A DNA stretch of 64,000 bases. Origin: Antedon mediterranea (Eukaryota > Animalia > Echinodermata). The stretch spans positions 13,587,045-13,651,044 of the forward strand of contig NC_092680.1 in assembly GCF_964355755.1 (NCBI RefSeq), given 5' to 3'. Each line of letters opens with the position of its first letter. Within the stretch, counting starts at the first letter, position 1. The notes under the pieces are model-generated. The model saw nothing but the letters and a program-made list of their open reading frames with translations, did no database searches and had not been told where the DNA came from. The position numbers were made by a program, and so were the translations under genes. Positions 59,701-64,000 of this stretch are shown in pieces.

Positions 59701-62700
59701 AAGCAATCCATGTTTAGAAATAGCAGTGGAAGTAGTACAAATTAGACTAAGGTAGAATTTAACGTCGTGAGGTAATTTTCCGATTGATCGTAATCAAAAC
59801 AGTACTGGGTTTGGTCTACTAATGTTCCTGCTCCAAACTAGTCATCCATTCATAGAAGCTTTAATGAAGTAAGGCTACCTGGTGGTGGCCATAGAACGGT
59901 CACGAGATAACGACTATACTTCGGCCTGAGAGGGATGGGAAGCCGATCACTCCGGTTGCGCTTCACTCCGGCCGCCGTATCAGTTTACGCGCGATGTTAT
60001 GCACTCCGGCGGGCGATTTTTTTTTTCGTACATAAGTTGGGGACCCCCTCATGAAACGTCACAAAATAAACATGAATAATTCATCAGTTAAATTTTCTTG
60101 TTCCGTGTGCACCCAAGCGTATAGCAACAAGAAGTGATTACACAAGTGCGGTACGATTCTAGGCCTATCTCCGCTGTTGTTGCGGCGTGCGATTTCATAG
60201 CAGAATAGCGGCGTTTTGTGTGGATTGTCGAAATAATCAGCCTTTAGTTTATGGTGTTTTTAATATAATTTATTACTAAAGAATTAGGTGTTAAAATTAT
60301 AGTTTCTATTAATACTATTAGGCCTAATTATTAGTCTCTAAACCCATGTCTATTCTAGTAGTAGCTGTGTGGGTGTGTGTGACGTGTGTGTGTTACTGTT
60401 AGGTATGACCAAAGATAGTGTAACTATCTTTGGTATGACACAATCCGAGTAATAAGTCAGCAAAATTAAACAATAAACATTACAGAAAAATACATTTTTT
60501 ATTCTCGTGGGTCAAATCTTCCCATCTCATGTGTTCTAGCAGAATTAAAAAAATACATTACACAAATCACACATTCTTTATTCTTGTGGGTCTAAGCTTT
60601 CTTTGGGCTATGTCCAATGAATTACTACTTTAATGTCTTGCCTAGCTGTCGATTAGCCTCGACTCGACACATTTTGTGTGAAGAATAGTGCGCGAAGGCA
60701 ATCACGTGAATTGACTTAGAATCCTAGGCCTGCTGTAGAAAGAATCGTATCGCGCAGTTGTTCGTGTAATCACTTCTTGTTGCTATACGCTTGGGTGCAC
60801 ACGGAACAACAAATTTAACTGATGAATTATTCATGTTTATTTTTGTGACGTTTCATGAGGGGTCCCCAACTTATGTACGAAAAAAAAAATCGCCTCCGGC
60901 GGGCGATTTTTTTTTTTCGAACATAAGTTGGGGACCTCTCATGAAACGTCCAAAATAAACATGAATAATTCATCAGTTACATTTTCTTGTTCCGTGTGCA
61001 CCAAAGCGTATAGCAACAAGAAGTTATTCTTCTGGAGACATCCCCATATGGTGACACTTTGTTGGGCCCTACGCGGGGCCGGGCCCTACGGCTGCTGCAG
61101 TCAACACAATGGTGGTAAAATAGTAAAAAAATACATCACTAGTATGTATGTCCAAACTGTTAACTAAGGAAAATTAATTCAAAAACATTTGAAGCATACT
61201 GTAGGCTACATACTAGTAGAGGTATTCCTTTCTAAACAGTATCCCATTATTTTCAAATCAAATTTGTGTTTTTATTTAATATAAAAGTGTTTCACATGTA
61301 GTCAAATGGAGAATATATAACTATTAAACGTACAAATACTAAAAAATAAAAAATTATTGTGAGCATGCCAGATGGTTGCAAGCACATGCTTAAAAAACGT
61401 ATCATTGTCGAGCTATCTTGTGTTACTGTACCATAATATGTTATTGTCATTTGATGATCTTACAGTATAACTTGTAATAGTACCCTCAGTTATTTATTAG
61501 TTGATAATATTAATCTATTTGGTTACATCAGTAATAAATAATCATTTAATGGGAAAGCTGGGAAATGTATCTATTTATTTAAAAATGTATGATATAAAAA
61601 CATAACAGCAGTCAAAGATCAAAAGTTTATGTTCATAAAAAATGTAAAAAAGTTATTCATCAATCATGACAGCGAATTAATACCTGGTGAATAATGTAGG
61701 CCTACCGTAAGCTTTAAATGGTACTTTATAATGACTTAGTTTAGTCCAATGATTAGTCCATAGGGCTAGTCAATATCGATAGCCTTCAACCAACAGTGTT
61801 AACAAAAAATAATGTAGGCCTACTGTACATGTTTGTCTATAGGAAAGAATGACGTCAAATAAAGCACCTGAAAGGGATGAATATATATTAAACTGTTATT
61901 GTTTAGTTCATTGGCAAATATACTCAGATATACTCAAAACCCTTCAGTTTAAAAACTTAACTATAACATGTTCATACAGTACAATACATACATCTCATTG
62001 CAACTTTTACCAAAGTACAATGTATAAATCTGACCGTAACAATAGTGTTTATTAATAAGGTACATAATGGTAAACCAGGCTAATATTAAATAGCGTAAAG
62101 GAGAGGCCTATAACAGCAGCAGTTGACCCCTAATAGGAACAAGTATGAACTTTACAAAAAAACAAACATTTATCAGAATTATCTTTGAACTTGCAATAGC
62201 AAAGTAATAGACAAACATTGAGTTTCCCAAAGTTTGAATTAGGGCAAACTATGTAAACATTTCAAAGATAAAATATAAGTCAGCCATAAAACTTTGTATT
62301 GATATTGAAAAAAAATAATATTACAATGCAAAACAGTAGGGCCTCTTGGATGGCATGAGTTGGATATTATGGATGATTAACAAAATTCAACCAGGCGTAG
62401 CTACAAGTTTTACTTTTAGGCCTAAAGCAAACTACTATATAATTCACTAACATGAATTATACCATTATGATATTTTAAGCAGTTATAAATAATCCAAGAC
62501 AATAGACCAAGATTAATAACATTCCTATTACGATTTTGAAAATAAAAAATATATGTGTAAAAATAGTGAATGTTGGCTGGTGTGTAAAATGAGTAACCAT
62601 TGTTCTGTATGTTCATATTTTGTTCATAGGAACATTTATAAGTGAAGATGACACAGGGTTGAGTGCAGTAGTTGGGTCAGCCGCCTTCAACGTCTTTATA

Positions 62701-63487
62701 ATTATTGCTCTAGTTTCATTTTTTAGTGGAAAAGTAAGTATTTGACTTTGAGCCCATTATGTTCTAACTGTCATAGCAAAAGTAGGATTTTGTCAATGTT
62801 GTAGAAAGAGAGACATCTGTCTATTGTACAATTAATATTTTGTTTATATTATATATATTAGGTTGTACACCTGACATGGTGGCCCCTAATAAGAGATTGT
62901 GTGTGTTACGTTATTGGTATTTTACTACTGGTCTTTGCTATATACGACAGCGTTATAGAGTGGTAAGTACTGTTTTATAAAACACAACCCAATTATTCAG
63001 AATGTCAGTACATTTTGTTCACGAGCAGTGGGTGGCACCCTCTTTGAGGGCTGCAGAATAAGAAAGTGGGGCAAAATACAATAAAACAATATTAAAGTGC
63101 ACTGAATTAAAACTTTTAATCAATGAATCAACTTTCTTACTTCTAGGTGGGAAGGTCTCATTCTAACATTAATGTACATCGGCTACATTATATTGATGTA
63201 TTTCAACCCCAGAATATCGGAACAGGCGCAACGATTGACTGAAAGATTCAGGAAGAAAGAGGACGAATCAAAGCTTATCATTGATACAGATAAAAATGGA
63301 TATGGTTCTGCACCTGAAAATGGTAATATTCCTTACCATATAGATGCTCATTTATATGATACAGATTCAATAATTACAGACAATTCCACAAGCTTTAGTA
63401 AACCAGTTGGTTCAAATGGAAGTGAATTTAGCAATGAAATATTCAATGATCATTATAATAAATCATTAAGAACAAGGCATGATTCAG
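56783..63487 (+). CDS. SLC24A: K+-dependent Na+/Ca2+ exchanger (SLC24/NCKX family), first 6 coding exons; continues beyond the window
   Basis: In-phase GT-AG exons 56783-56960, 59065-59274, 59582-59665, 62630-62733, 62862-62962, 63147-63487. Motifs [29 protein letters not shown] (alpha-1 repeat), VVGSAAFN and WWPLIRD. Confidence 0.93.
57295..58132. mobile_element. MITE with inverted arrays of (CCGGCCTT)TTGCCACC subrepeats
   Basis: TTGCCACC repeats at 57310-57500 and GGTGGCAA repeats at 57925-58130 surround an AT-rich core. Confidence 0.7.
60005..61025. mobile_element. Inverted-repeat element (arms 60005-60170 and 60720-60896) with a third, direct copy of the arm abutting at 60896-61025
   Basis: CCGGCGGGCGATTTTTTTTTCG(T/A)ACATAAGTTGGGGACC..GCGTATAGCAACAAGAAGT is present forward, reverse, forward. 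Confidence 0.7.
60403..60439. mobile_element. 23-bp CA..TG micro-palindrome with 7-bp TSD GTATGAC
   Basis: GTATGAC|CAAAGATAGT-GTA-ACTATCTTTG|GTATGAC. Confidence 0.75.
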
Positions 63488-64000
63488 GTAAGTTTTATAT
63501 TTTGATTGTGATATTTTAAGATACGTTTGTATGTACGAAACTGGATTAGTAAATTGACAAATCTGTGCTCGACTGAGGTGGTATTTTTTGCTCCATGCAG
63601 CTTAAATTGAACCCACCCACAATTGCAATACCCTTAAAACTTGTAGCTACATTGTTAGTGTGTAACAACACTACACTATAAATTTTATGGGACAATTGTC
63701 AAACTCTATGATACGACAAAGTATTTTCTTCTAAGATCCATTATGCTACAGTATTTTCCAACCAATTCATCGATGAAACCCAATTTCGTGTTCAAGGGTT
63801 TCTTTTACATTAATGAAGTGACGTCATTTTAAAATTAAATTACAAATTTATTTTATCTTAAAACAGCAATTAGTGGAGTAAGTGAGCACCCAGAAAGGTT
63901 GGATAAACATGTGGTTCTTACACCTCCAAAGGGGAAATTTTCATTTCTGATATGGTTAATTGGATTCCCTCCAATTCTTTTGATATACATAACAATACCG

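Overview
AT-rich metazoan (invertebrate-like) genomic DNA with spliceosomal introns. The first 29 kb is a rolling-circle transposon cluster. About 1.2-kb non-autonomous Helentron/Helitron2-type units flank a ~22-kb element that carries the same termini and one intact, intronless 3043-aa ORF (hydrophobic N-terminus, PHD finger, herpesvirus-tegument-type deubiquitinase, OTU protease, basic 15-aa repeats, HUH Rep, Pif1 helicase, AP-type endonuclease). The cluster is not a simple tandem array. Read as brackets, its CTAG-hairpin ends and 44-45-bp palindromic end modules nest in a balanced way, as expected if elements keep inserting into an A/T tract just inside the end of earlier copies. The rest of the window holds three host genes: a DUOXA (dual oxidase maturation factor, 9 exons, minus), a CCDC192-like coiled-coil gene (6 exons, plus) and the 5' part of an SLC24/NCKX exchanger (plus). 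These are interspersed with LINE/SINE fragments, MITEs, other non-autonomous Helentrons, 28- and 45-bp minisatellites, and tiny CA...TG palindromes flanked by 7-bp target-site duplications. All calls were made by eye; no database searches were run.
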